DNA from: Lingula anatina
Taxonomy: Eukaryota > Animalia > Brachiopoda
DNA length: 64,000 nucleotides
Assembly (NCBI GenBank): GCA_051362555.1
Contig: CM120649.1
Span: 17,064,567 to 17,128,566, forward strand
Direction of reading: 5' to 3'
Shown here: piece after piece, positions 1 through 11,745 of the stretch
How the letters are laid out: each line of letters begins with the position of its first letter
Position numbering within the stretch: position 1 is the first letter of the stretch
Translations under genes and position numbers: made by a program
The notes under the pieces: generated by a model
What the model was told of the DNA's origin: nothing
The model's input: only the letters and a program-made list of their open reading frames with translations
Database searches by the model: none

Positions 1-123
1 AAAGTCTTATTTGATCATTAGTTTATAGTGAAGACGATGATAAAATATTTTTATTTATAAATTTTTTTTTAGGAATTTGTAGGACCGGCTGAAAAGAAAC
101 GGTTAAAATGCGTTGTATCCAAC

Positions 124-2678
124 CTTTTACTTATATTTCGCAGAATGACGAAATCCTTTTCTCTATTAAACTTAACTTGTTGTCTTCGTCCAGCTCCTTT
201 GATGATTCTACGGACTAGATAAATAAAATTATGTTTCTTGTAAATTGTTTACATAATAAATCTATCTAAGGCTACAACAAAGCAGAGATGGATCGGAACC
301 CAAGCCCATTTTAGAAAAAAACAACAAAGGCACCCAGAAAACACAGACCTTCGCCAGGACAAATAATTAACTAAAATCAACCATTAGTTAACACCTGAAC
401 CATCACCAAAATCTTGTCACTTTTTTTAATTATCCTGATTATTTCATCAAAACTCGTCCATCCATTTCTGCGTTACGTTGCTAACAGACTACCAAACTAA
501 TGGAAGAAAAAACATAGCCTCCTTGGTTCATAAGCAGGTCTTTAGCACAATGTGTGAGCTGGAAAAGTGCCTCCTGCTAAAGCCCCCGTCACACTTATTC
601 GGAATCAACAGGTTTCAAGCAAAACAAGCAGTAGTGACTAAATTAAAAAATTCGTACTACATTCGGGAAGAAATTTCAAATTGACTTAATTCTTGTAAGA
701 AGGCCGTTGGAATACTCAGAATGCGCTGAATCCGCCTGGAATGATTCGTGGACATTTCGGCTGTATTAGCTCTCAAATGCAGCTGGAATGTAGTTGGAAA
801 ACTAAAAATATGAATAATGCTGACAGAATGCAGTCAGAATATTTAGAATACACTTCCAATGCCGTACGAGTGTAGTTCGATTGCTGGATGAAATAGGATC
901 GAGATGCATTCGAGTTGCATTCCGGCTCATTCTAGCTACCCTGAGTGTCAGAGCAACGTAAAAATTAGCTTGTAAATATTAAAATTACCTTGGAGTCATT
1001 TTTACTAGTATTGCTGATATGGGCTATATATGAAATCAAGATCGAGCTGGCAATACCGGAATCTAGAACCTAGGGTAGTTCTAGCAGGATAAGAAGTGTC
1101 TTGCCATTTCTGTTCTCCCTCGAATATGATCAGAATGTGAGAATATTAGGAATGCAGCCATATTGCAGTTAGAAAACTATTCAATTGCCATTCGATAATT
1201 TTCCACTTGGAATGCACTTCGAACGTTTTTAACACGAGCAAAACATTCGGGTCGGCCACAAGAATGGGTAAAAATATTTGGAATGCACTCGGGATTTTTA
1301 GAATGCTCTTCGAATATCCAGGAACGCACAAAGAATTGTCTTTCCGACGACTTTCTTGCTCATGCCGTCTCTAGGGGTATGAGATTCGAAAAGAAAGCGC
1401 TGTACGTCCCATCAGTCAAAAAATAGATCACAAAACAAACACTTTTATTTTACTGAACATTGTTAACGCAACAAAAAGCAAAAGTCTCAGAGCAAACATG
1501 CTTCAGCTTCATTGCTTTATTTTTTTCCCCCTGGTGCTTGCTTGTAGCGTTTCAACCACAGGGGCGCTTGGTTAGACCACCACAACCACAAATGCTAGAC
1601 GACCTTACAACCCATTTCCATAGATTTTTAGATCGATCTATCCCTGTGGGGAGTCTCACTAGGTTACTGTCAGCTTGGCCGGCTTAAGCGTCTGTCCCGC
1701 CTACTAAAAGCTATAAGGGGGTAATAAACTATGGTGCGCGCTCGTCTGACTGCAATTTAGCGTGAACCCCTAGGGAGTTAGGTCGATCTAAATTTTAATC
1801 CCTGAATCGATCTAAATCTCTGGAAATACACCCTTAATGTCCTCTCCCGTTGCCCTGCGATCCAGTAAAATTAAATATACCTTCAGATATAATTATCAAA
1901 GTGACTGTTACACGTAGGGCCAAAAGGATTCAATTTCATTGGCAAGGGATTTGGTTAGATACGTTTACTTACTACGACCGTAGTTTGCACCAGGCAGGAG
2001 TCGAGCAATGTATTGTCCTGACACAGAACCGTTCATGTACTCAATAAGTGGCACTGAGGGAGATATGAATAAGAATGAATCAGGCATTGTTATTTGCAAT
2101 TTAGTTTGGGTACGTTTCAAACCTACATTCCTCGATGAATTAAAGGCCTCTTTTTGATCACTTACATGTATAATGCTCATGAAAGATGTCATGGTATAAA
2201 TCAAACTATTATGCTGTGAATTTATTTTCACTATATTTGATAAAACGTATTTCATATTCTGAAATGTTTTAATTGTAAAGTGTTAAATACATCAACAATC
2301 AAATGAACAAATCTATACGTTGCCTTTCCTTCATACACTGACATAAAAATCGGTGTTATTAAACAAATAGACCATGACCAACGTTTGAAGTATTATAAGA
2401 TTTCTTACACATTGTTGTGTGAAAACGCGTCATATGACAAACTCATTTTGTGCAAATAATCAACCGTTCTACTTGCCTAACCCTTGTTCTTCTGACACTC
2501 TCAATACACCAGCATCTTGCAATTTTTTTCGAATGGATTCGTGATCTCCTTTTTTCCTCGGTGGTGCCTCGGGTGCGTCTCCAGTCAAAACGTTGTTCTC
2601 CTGCGCCGCACTCTGATATGCACTTGTCATTGTAAACATCCAGAAAGCCAAAACACCTATGAGTGCCGATGCCTGCAT
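124..2678 (-). CDS. Secreted subtilisin-like (S8, proteinase K-like) protease paralog A, 5' part only (coding exons 1-3; exons 4-6 lie beyond the left edge)
   Basis: Exon 1 is 2477-2678 (MQASALIGVLAFW... signal peptide; donor AG|GCAAGT). Exon 2 is 1973-2053 (VPLIEYMNGSVSGQYIARLLPGANYGR; ccctcag|...|gtaagt). Exon 3 is 124-214 (IRRIIKGAGRRQQVKFNREKDFVILRNISK; tatctag|...|gttgga). Phases 1/1/2 join in frame and match paralogs B-D. Confidence 0.85.
581..1380. mobile_element. Degenerate non-autonomous DNA transposon, possibly PIF/Harbinger-type, in intron 2 of paralog A
   Basis: About 800 bp absent from the homologous intron of B/C (ctgctaa|gattc). It starts TAA|AGCCCCCGTCACAC and is rich in GGAAT/GAATGC motifs. 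The right end is degenerate, so that boundary is approximate. Confidence 0.45.
1608..1833. mobile_element. MITE with TTA target duplication (Tourist/Harbinger-like)
   Basis: Flanked by tta/tta. Inverted ends ATTTCCATAGATTTTTAGATCGAT ... ATCGATCTAAATCTCTGGAAAT(ACACCC). The empty site gacctta|atg is present in paralog D. Confidence 0.65.
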
Positions 2679-4714
2679 ACTTCTATAAACAATCATTTCG
2701 ATTATTTTAAATAGAAAACTTGTTCAGTCACAAAAATAGTATGATTTCAAATAAGATTATATGAGGTTGACAAAAAAATTTAAATTAGTTATTCTTAATG
2801 CGTCTTCATGATAATTGCCATTTAAAAATTATTTATGCAAGCACAACGAAGCTCAGTTTTTGCTCAAAATGAAATATGAAATAGTCATGTGACTAATATT
2901 AGCATTTATTAAAATGACGAAATTTGATACGATACGAAGAAACAAGATTGGGGATAACAACATTGCATTAAATAATCACCAAGCACCCCATACAATGGAG
3001 CAAAGATTGGTAAAGAACAAAGAGCTTTCTCGTTTGGTTCCCATTGAATTTCATATTTTCATGATGGTCACTACTGGTAGGGATATGACTAAAGTCAAAA
3101 CAATAATGTAACGCAAAATTAGCTTTTATCCAAGAAATAACGTTAACACTGCGTGGTATTAATGTCGTGCCCGCATTAATGTTGTTTTTTGTTAGATTTA
3201 ATATTGGACGGACTCCCGATTTTGTGAGGGTAGAACGTATTAAATTTTCCATACCAGGTCAACTGCTGGCGTTGTTGTTTCTGCAAGAATATTTAAAACG
3301 TGCATATAGCTAAAAAGCTTTTCTTTCCTGTTTCTTTTTTATGTCTAAAATTTTTATCCAGATATCAATGCAATAAAATTAAAAACTTTTAGAGCAAAAA
3401 TACCTTTTTCATTATAATGTTCACCACCCCATGTAGATCTTGCATTTAGCTCTGTTCCTGATATCCTCAATTTGTATGCTTTTTTATAATGATAGCAATC
3501 TAATTACGTCTTTACTCCGGAGCTAAGTTTGCCAAAATCAGAAAAAATATGGTAATGCAGCCGAAATTGATCAACTGTATTTGACTGACGGACTGATGTC
3601 CTCAACCAGCAGAAAAATGCGCCAAAAAACAACACGTTGCAAGAGCTTGTAAGCTTGGTAAGTAGCAAAGGTCTCGAGCATTGCAACTTTCTACACATAC
3701 CATATATACAGAACCTTTCACATTGCAAAAGTCATTATTAACATGTGAGCTAATTTTAAAGATAGCCCAGTAACCTTCGTAGAGAGTAATGCAACTTACC
3801 AAATGTTGCTCCTTTTCCTTTGAACAGTGTCGTGTTCCATATGACAACGTTCTGGTATATTTTCAGCTAATGGTAAACATTAAATATGATCATATCACGT
3901 GTGCCGCCCATATCAGACCCGTAGATGTAGCTAGGCTGGCTATGGAGCATATTTGGGGCAGGCCATCAATTCCAAAAAGGTCTAATTAATTATAAAGTGC
4001 ATGATGATTGGCAGTGCATATAGCCAATGCACGCGGAATATGAATACATTTTCTGATGTGCACCGCCATACTATACCGTAGCTTAATCACTTTTGGGACT
4101 TATTTTGGATCGCTTTTTAAAACGGAGGCCATTTAATCCCAAGTAAGCTTGATAAAATATCCCGTTCACCTTAAGTTACGTTAAAGCAAAAAGAACCCTA
4201 TCAATTTCATGTTGTTTATGGTGTTCCCGAATTAATATTGTTTCTATCATCACCCGTGTCCCTTTACTTAAAGCAAATGGAAACCTATCAACTTCATGAA
4301 CTTAATGCTTTTCCCACATTAATGCTGTGTTTATTAAATGGATTAAGTATTTGACCCCGAGTTTCATGCGGGTACATTTTGGGACGGATCCCATTTCTTC
4401 TACCGGTCAACTGTTGGCGATGATGTACAGGTAGCTGCTGGGATTAATTTTTATGCTGTTAGAATTTCTCAGAAAATCGAGTGGCTTTAGGAAAGGGAAC
4501 CATTTTGGAACTTCAATAAGTAACATCCGCTTAAATTGGTCAAAATTGCATATTTTCTTTTCTTTTATATAAAATGCATATCTACATTTTATTACAATAA
4601 AATTTAACACTTCTAGAGCAAAAGAAGGCTGGGGAGTCACATTTTCATTATGAAAATCTGACTAGGGGAGTCAGATTTTTATGGGAGTCAGATTTTCATG
4701 TTACACCGGATAAA

Positions 4715-6054
4715 CACACACTGGACAATAGAAGTGTCACCCCCTAAATCAGAGTAATAAAAGTAGGCAGATCTTGGGCAGTTATAATGCCTGGCCTACT
4801 TATAATGTGACTAATGAGTATAAAACCGCTATACTATGGAATTGTATTGATCGTCTTGTACATGTACAACAAATGTTATTCCTGTCTTCCTCCAACATGG
4901 CAAGATACAGGCAATTATCTAACGGTTATACAGTAGGTGCAAGTTATTTACCCGAAGAAGCGGAATATAAGCCATGTCAGAATATCGATACAATTGAATG
5001 TTCAGTCAGAGCCGAGCAGAGGGTCTGGTCTCGGTACAGAAACACTAGATCAAGAGACAAATTGCCTCTAATGGTCGTCCAAGAAAAAATACTGGCCGTG
5101 AAGACCGACGACTGATTTTGATGTCCAGGTTGTCAAAGTTCGACACTGCTTGTCAGTTGACAACACAGTGGAACAATTTCACACATAAGAATGTGTCTGT
5201 GAAAATCGGTTACATGCTCATAGAGTGTACAGCAGGGTAGCAAGACTGTGAACTAGGGTCAACAGGATTAGGAACTGGACAGTCCATGACAATTGGTCCT
5301 ATATATATATTTTTTGATGAGTGTCGCTTTGGTCTGACCTCTGATGACAGACGTATACGATGTTGGCGAACTGCTGGTAAAGCATTTGAACCACATGCAC
5401 TGAAGTTTCGAACCCGGAGCAGCATATTCATCATGGTGTGGGACTGCATCAGCATCCATGGCTTGAGCGAATTGATAGATGTTGATGGAAACATGAATCA
5501 CTAGAAATATATAGATGTTTTGGAGACAGGCTTGCTACCATCTATGACTAACATGTTTGGCGACAGGAATTATCCATCTTTTCACCAGGATGACAATGCT
5601 CCTTGTCATAGGCCCAGAGCAGTTGATGATTGGTTTGACCAACGGGACATTCGCAGGGTGATGTGGCCTGCCCAGAGTCCGGCGGCAAACATAATAGAAA
5701 GCATGTGGAATGATATGTCAAAACTTTTGACAAATGCCCGTCTAACCAGCAGAGAAACTCTGTTATATTCAGTGTTTTATGCTCAGGCCAGCATAAGCCC
5801 TGAACGCATCATACAATTATATGAATTTTTGCCTCGTAGACTGGCACCTATTATTAGGTCACGTGGCTAAGCCACTAAATACTAATTTTGGACTTGAAAC
5901 TGCATATATTGGTAGAATGTATCTTTTGTTCTCATTTTTTTTTTGTGAAATTTGATGTTAATAAAATGATACCAGGAGCATATCATTCCACAGTCATTTA
6001 TCTCACCCATAGTATTGGTTCAGTAGGGGTGACACTTCTATTGTCCAGTGTGTG
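4715..6054 (+). mobile_element. Tc1-family (DD34E) DNA transposon, decayed
   Basis: TIRs CACACACTGGACAATAGAAGTGTCACCCC / GGGGTGACACTTCTATTGTCCAGTGTGTG. Inserted at a TA (empty site ccggataTAgtatgg at about 14457 and 31563); the left TA is mutated to AA. Confidence 0.92.
4897..5870 (+). pseudogene. Tc1 transposase pseudogene (frameshifts and stops)
   Basis: Fragments MARYRQLS..., FFDECRF, IMVWDCIS and FHQDDNAPCHR...WPAQSPAANIIE. There are 34 residues between the second catalytic D and the E. Confidence 0.9.
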
Positions 6055-6909
6055 TAGTATGGTTTGGCGTGGTTTTACCTTTCATCGCCCCTCTCCTTCT
6101 TCAGTGTTTAAGTAGGTCATACTCATACGGGCAAAAATGAAGCAAATCACACCTTATTCTAACGTATGTATAGTTTATGATATAAAGAAAACTTCCTTTG
6201 TAACGGGCGGCAATTAAAAAAAATAATTGCTCTAAATTCGTATCTGAATTACGAACCTCTCCGCCCCAAAATAAAGGAGGTAACACGTGCAATTACACAT
6301 GCCATACCAACAAATTGGCAGACTTGGTCAATTAACTTGCGGATTGTGCTGTTAACAATGCAAATACACCATTAAGACTGGGCACAGCCAGGCCCTTATA
6401 AGGATGGGGTCTGGGCCTCTTAGGCATATGACTAGATTAGGACTGGGCCTGTGACACATATCTATATGGCTCAGAGTTTGGTGATTGTTTTAAATCCTTT
6501 GACGTATAAAAACAAAACTGGAACTTATTGATCATAAAGAAAGAAAATGATGTGTGTCCCTACAAAGGAGACACTGAGATGAATGAAATATAATGTCCAA
6601 ACAAATGGGAGTATCCCTAAACCTAAAATTTATCACATATGCAAATGCACGTTGCATCAGATGTGCTGGATTCCCCGGCCCCTAAAGCACAATTAAAAGC
6701 AATATAAAGGTGACAATAATCCTGCCCTTGCACTGGATATAAAGAGGGTTCTCGTAGACTTAGCAGTCGAAGTACTCAGCTCCCCCCTCCTCCAAATAAA
6801 ACTTTTTAGTGGGGTTCGATGAACGAATGATTTGGATTTTAAAAAGCCTTTAAAAAGGTTTTATTAAAAATAATATGAAAAGGAAAAACATTTGCTCTGC
6901 AGTGATAGA

Positions 6910-6915
6910 TTTATT
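6910..6915 (-). terminator. Polyadenylation signal AATAAA of paralog B (also at 19859-19864 for C and 32439-32444 for D)
   Basis: AATAAA about 87 nt downstream of the TGA, at the same position in three paralogs. Confidence 0.55.
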
Positions 6916-7001
6916 CAGAGAAATCTGCTCTGAGAACATAAAAAGCCAATAGGAGTAGATCTAGTACATTAGTACGTTATTTCCACTGAAGTAGAAAGGA
7001 C

Positions 7002-10000
7002 TCAATTATCCAAGCATGGAGTAGACAAAGCCAAATTGGTTCCATTGACACCCGTAAGTTGTCCAGCCAATGTGTACTGTATGATGTACTCATTGGCGTA
7101 GTTGACGACCTGGGCAGAGGGTGAGCTGATAGTCCCGTTGTCTCTGAGGACCTGCAACAAGGCAGCCACGGCGCCGGTCACAAACGGAGCTGCCATGGAG
7201 GTGCCACTCTTAGTAGTATATCTGTTGTTTCCAGAGAAGTCAGCAACTTTGATACTTTTCCCCGGGGCGAAAAGGTCTACGCAAGGACCATAGTTGCTGA
7301 AGCTAGCCTTTGCAAAGTCGTCATTAAAGGCTCCGACAGTGAGGGCATTGGGAGTGCTAGCAGGAGAACGAGCACAAGCGTCTTTATTGGAATTACCAGC
7401 TGAAGAAATTGCGGGGATTCCCGCTTCGAGTAGATCATCGACTGCGTCGTTCAGAGAACTGGAGAACGGCGCCCCAAGACTGATGTTAATAACGGAAAGA
7501 CGCCCATTGCTTTGCACTGTTTGCTTTACCCACAGACATCCATTCAATATATTGGAAATAGTGCATTGACCATTTGAACAAATCTTCAGGGAAATGATGT
7601 TAGCACGTTTTGCCACACCACAATTGATGCCCCCGATGATGCTGGCCACTTGAGTGCCATGACCATCGTCATCCACACTCGTAGATGTTGGCCATCCTGG
7701 AAAAAAGAATTGAAAAAAGTAATCAACCATCCATATGTGTTGAACCTAAAATGTCACTACAAAGAAGCAAGTGAAGTTGACACGCCGATTGTCACTTGGA
7801 ACTGTAATTTTCTTCAAATATATGAAAAACAGACATTTGAGATGCATAATGGCAGTTGTATTGTAAGCAAATTTTATGACCTGTCACCTCCCCATTTCCA
7901 TGCAAAATTAAGAGAATCCAGATTTCCCAATCTTCACAATGGAGAGATAACTTCACTATCCGAAAACAATTTTGGAATTCTTTGCAAACCTAGTAATGTT
8001 AAATGATTGCATTATCTGTCGTTGCACTTAAGACTGCTCCCTTTTTTGCTTTGCTCTTTTGCAAACCAGGTGATGCTTTTTGCTGCAACGCTGCATGGAG
8101 ACAATCGGACACAACTCACCAATGGTAACTCTCCCTGTGAAATCTTTGTGATTTGGATTGATGCCTGTGTCTGTCACATATACATCTATTTCCTCTCCAT
8201 CGCCCCAGATTCGATATTTGGAATTGTGTGGATTGCCATCAAGAGTGTTCAACCCCTGCAAGTAGGGATATATACAAAATACTAGCTTAGGCATATTGCA
8301 AAAAACAGATTCTTACATAAGTAATTTTCCAAAATGTGTGCAGTCAAAGTATAGTCTTGCTAGAAAGTAAATATCAAAATACACCAAGTTGGACATTAAT
8401 CATGTTTAACATAGAAAATGCTTCATCTAACCCACCCATTGGATATACGAGATAATATTAACGATCTCTTAAATTCCTGGACAGAATTCTGAGTTTGCAA
8501 CTGCACTTGTCAATATCAAATTAAATGCACCCTTAACTTCAAATATTGCCCAGAAATATGACAAGGATTATAAGACTTTAACTTTATAAGTATGTAAGCA
8601 ATAGCCAAAACGATACAAACATTTAGAAAAGTTTGTTGTCTTCGTAACGGAAAGTGAACTGCTTTGAGAAATCACAATAATCAACATTCTAAAAAGTTAT
8701 TAGAATTAAATTATATTTGGTCGATCATACCCAAAGACCTCTTCTATTGGCATTATTTGGTAAAGTATACTCTCTGCAGTATTCAGTGTTTAGTTCTAAC
8801 TTGACGTCCTGTTCGATTTCCGCAATGACATTGGTGAGTTGAAGCAAATCTTCGAGGTTGCTTAAAATATGGTTAAATAAACTCATAAAAACAGTCATGA
8901 ATTTCAAGAAGGTATATGTATTTCCTTGCTGTTAGTAAAAACAAATATAGAATTATAAACTGATGACCAATGCGTATTTTAAATATTTCTTCCTTAAGAG
9001 CTTTGTTTTTTAACCCAAAGTATTATTTGATCGGTATTAAACAAAATTTTTAAAAATGTGTATAGGAACGGATGAAAAACAAACAGTTAAGAATGCGCTG
9101 TGTCCAACCTTTTACTTATGTTGCGCAGAATGACGAAATTCTTTTCTCTATTAAACTTAACTCGTTGTCTTCGTCCAGCTCCTTTGATGATTCTACGGAC
9201 TAGATAAATAAAATTATGTTTCTTGTAAATGGTTTACATAACAAATCATTTAAGACAACAATAAAACAGAGATGTATCGGAATCCAAGCCCACATTAGAA
9301 AAAACAGCAAAGGCACCCAGAGAACACAGACCTTCGCCAGGACTAATAATGAACTAATAATCAACCATTGAATAATGGATGATTCATGACCAAAATCTTG
9401 TCACTTTTAAGACCATTTTTGACCAACCCTTATTATTTCATCGAAATCCGTCCATACATTTGAGCGTTAAGTTGCTAATAAGCTAACAAACTAACGGAAC
9501 CAAAAACATAACCTCCTGGACAGAGGTCATAAGCACAACGTGTGAGCTAGAAAAATGCCCCCTGCTAAGATTCTAAGTGAAAGCGCTGTGCGTCCCATCA
9601 GGCAAAAAAAAGTGGATCGCAAAATGAGCATTTTCATTTTACTGAACATTGTTTACGCAGCATAAAGCAAAAGTTTTACACGGACCAGCTTCATTATTAT
9701 AAAATTTCCCATGCGTGCTTTCTTATAGCGTTTCAACCACAGCGGCGTTTGGTTTGAATTGACCATCAAAACCACAAATGCGAGACGACCTAAATGTCCT
9801 CACCCGTTTCCTTTCTGTATCCGATGAAGTAAAGTTAAAACAACATACAGATATAAACATAGGAAACATACCCAGCAGGCATAGTTGGATCAACGTTGAA
9901 AACAGGTTGATACGTTGAATTGCCCTTGATCTACCTAAATTCAAGGTAAAATCAAAGTTGATCCAGCCACGTTGACTCAACGTTGTATTTTGGTCAATGA

Positions 10001-11415
10001 CACAACCTTGCAGTTATGGATTGTAATTTAAAATATTAATTATTGAAAACGTGATACTTTGTTTATAAATACTGTAACTAAATTTATCAAAATAATAACA
10101 AAACGGTTTCATAGTAAAAGTGTCAGATGTTTTGTGTCTTTAGTTAACTAGTGAATTTTCTTAACTTCTTATTCAGAAATACATTCCAATAAACTGAATT
10201 CCTTGCAAGGTCAGCTAACACTAGAATGAATAAGTTGCTGTAATTGTGATGGAGTTTACAGTAAACCTGCTATTATAGATAGATAGTTAACCTGCTATCA
10301 TAGACTGTGACTTTGTTATATATATATATTAATCTAAACTTTGGAAATTTTAACTTAAAGGCCATACAAAAATGTCCTACTGCTAAACACATCCAGGCTA
10401 ATTTCCCGCTGGGTGGGTTTGATATAACATTGTTTTCTGACGTTGATACAACGTTGTTATCTGAGGTTGACACAACTTTCAAATCCAACGTTTATCCAAT
10501 GCCTTCTCAACGTTATGGTTCAACGTTGTTTCAATTGCCCGCTGGGATAGGGGCTGGAACACGTAGGTCGAAAAGCTAATGGTAGTGAATTTCATTAGCA
10601 AAGGATATACAAGAAGATAGATACGTTTACTTACTTGGACCGTATTTTGCACCAGGCAAAAGTCGAGCGATGTATTGTCCTGATATCCCAGAACCATCAG
10701 TGTACTCAATAAGGGGCACTGAGGGAGATATGAATAAGAAAGAATCGTCCATTGTTAGAATATTCCTTTGCAATTTAATTTGGGTAAGTTTAAACCAACA
10801 TTATATAACATCTTGTTAAATTATAGTCTTCGTTTTGGGCACTTACAATGCTCTATAATTCAAAGTGCATTTTAACTGATCAACTAATCTTTGTCATGTA
10901 AGATTTCCATATCTTGTGGTATTATTCAAATTTATTTTCACTACGCTTGATAAAATGTATTTTATATCCTTAAGCATTTTAATTGTCAAGTGTTTAAAAA
11001 AACACGTCACCAATCAAATGATCAAATCTATAAATTTGCCCAATCATCAGTTGTCTTTCGTTCATGCATCGACAGAAAATCAATGTAATTTAACAAACAG
11101 AGCATGAGCAACGTTGGATGTTTATTATAAAACTTATTCCACTATTTCATGGGGAAACGCCTCGCATTGCAAACTCTAAGATTCCACATTTTGTGTAGTT
11201 AATCAACCATTCTACTTGCCTAAGTTTTGTTCTTCTGACACTCTCAATACACCAGCATCTTGCAACTTTTTTCGAATGGCTTCGTGATCTCCCTTTCTCC
11301 TCGGCGGTGCCTCGGGTGCGTCTCTATGCACCATGTTGTTCACTTGCTCTCCACTCTGATATGCAACTGTCATTGCAAACATCCCGAAAACCAAAATACC
11401 CACCAGTGACTGCAT
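7002..11415 (-). CDS. Secreted proteinase K/aqualysin-like S8 serine protease precursor, paralog B (6 coding exons, 443 aa, intact)
   Basis: Exons 11220-11415, 10635-10718, 9109-9199, 8731-8860, 8120-8255 and 7002-7696 total 1332 nt with all phases consistent. Hydrophobic signal peptide, I9-like propeptide (GQYIARL...EIEQD), WGLNTLD, catalytic VTDTG / GHGT / GTSMAAP, and oxyanion SAGN. Confidence 0.93.
9871..10546. mobile_element. Non-autonomous CACTA/EnSpm-like element in intron 2 of B
   Basis: Ends CCCAGCAGGCA...TGCCCGCTGGG with many subterminal CAACGTTG motifs and an ATA duplication. The empty site aacATAggggc is in paralog C at about 27062. A second copy lies inverted at 33336-35368. Confidence 0.75.
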
Positions 11416-11635
11416 ACTTCTATAAACAATTATTTCAATTATTCTAAATGGAAAACTTATTTTAGTCTTTCAGATAATAGAATAATTGTTATTATTTCTA
11501 ATAATAGGAATGACAATAGAATGTTTTTCATAAAGCGCGGGCTCTTCATAATAATTGCCAATTTTAAAATAATAATCCAATTACTATACACTGGTAAAAT
11601 GGAATTATTATTATTAAATCCCCCTGAATCTCAGA

Positions 11636-11745
11636 ACTTACACATTACTAAAACACAATCGGATCCAGAGTGTTGGAAGTGGTGGACACAGGGTAGATGA
11701 ATATACACTTTACTCCTCTGTGCTCGGTATCAAACAGTTAACAAG
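11636..11745 (-). promoter_or_regulatory. Candidate core promoter and non-coding first exon of paralog B (homolog at about 39709-39799 for D)
   Basis: The block is conserved between the otherwise divergent B and D upstream regions. On the minus strand it reads TGTTAACTGTTTGAT, a TATA-like GTATATT, CCACTTCC, then a donor T|GTAAGT at 11641. An acceptor (tttatag|) sits 4 nt before the ATG in A, B and D. Function is inferred only. Confidence 0.35.

Noticed and set aside
2469-2476. Canonical GT donor (AA|GTAGAA) for coding exon 1, or exon 1 as a stand-alone peptide gene
   Set aside because: That donor is phase 2 and breaks the frame with exon 2, and its consensus is poor. The GC donor fits both phase and consensus in all copies.
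7102-7569. Plus-strand ORFs overlapping exon 6 (also 20051-20503 and 32916-33191)
   Set aside because: Antisense shadows of the protease coding exon with no independent motifs.
7002-7730. Single-exon bacterial-type subtilase or bacterial contamination
   Set aside because: The ORF lacks the catalytic Asp, which lies in a separate exon. Five phase-consistent spliceosomal introns and animal-type transposons show a eukaryotic gene.
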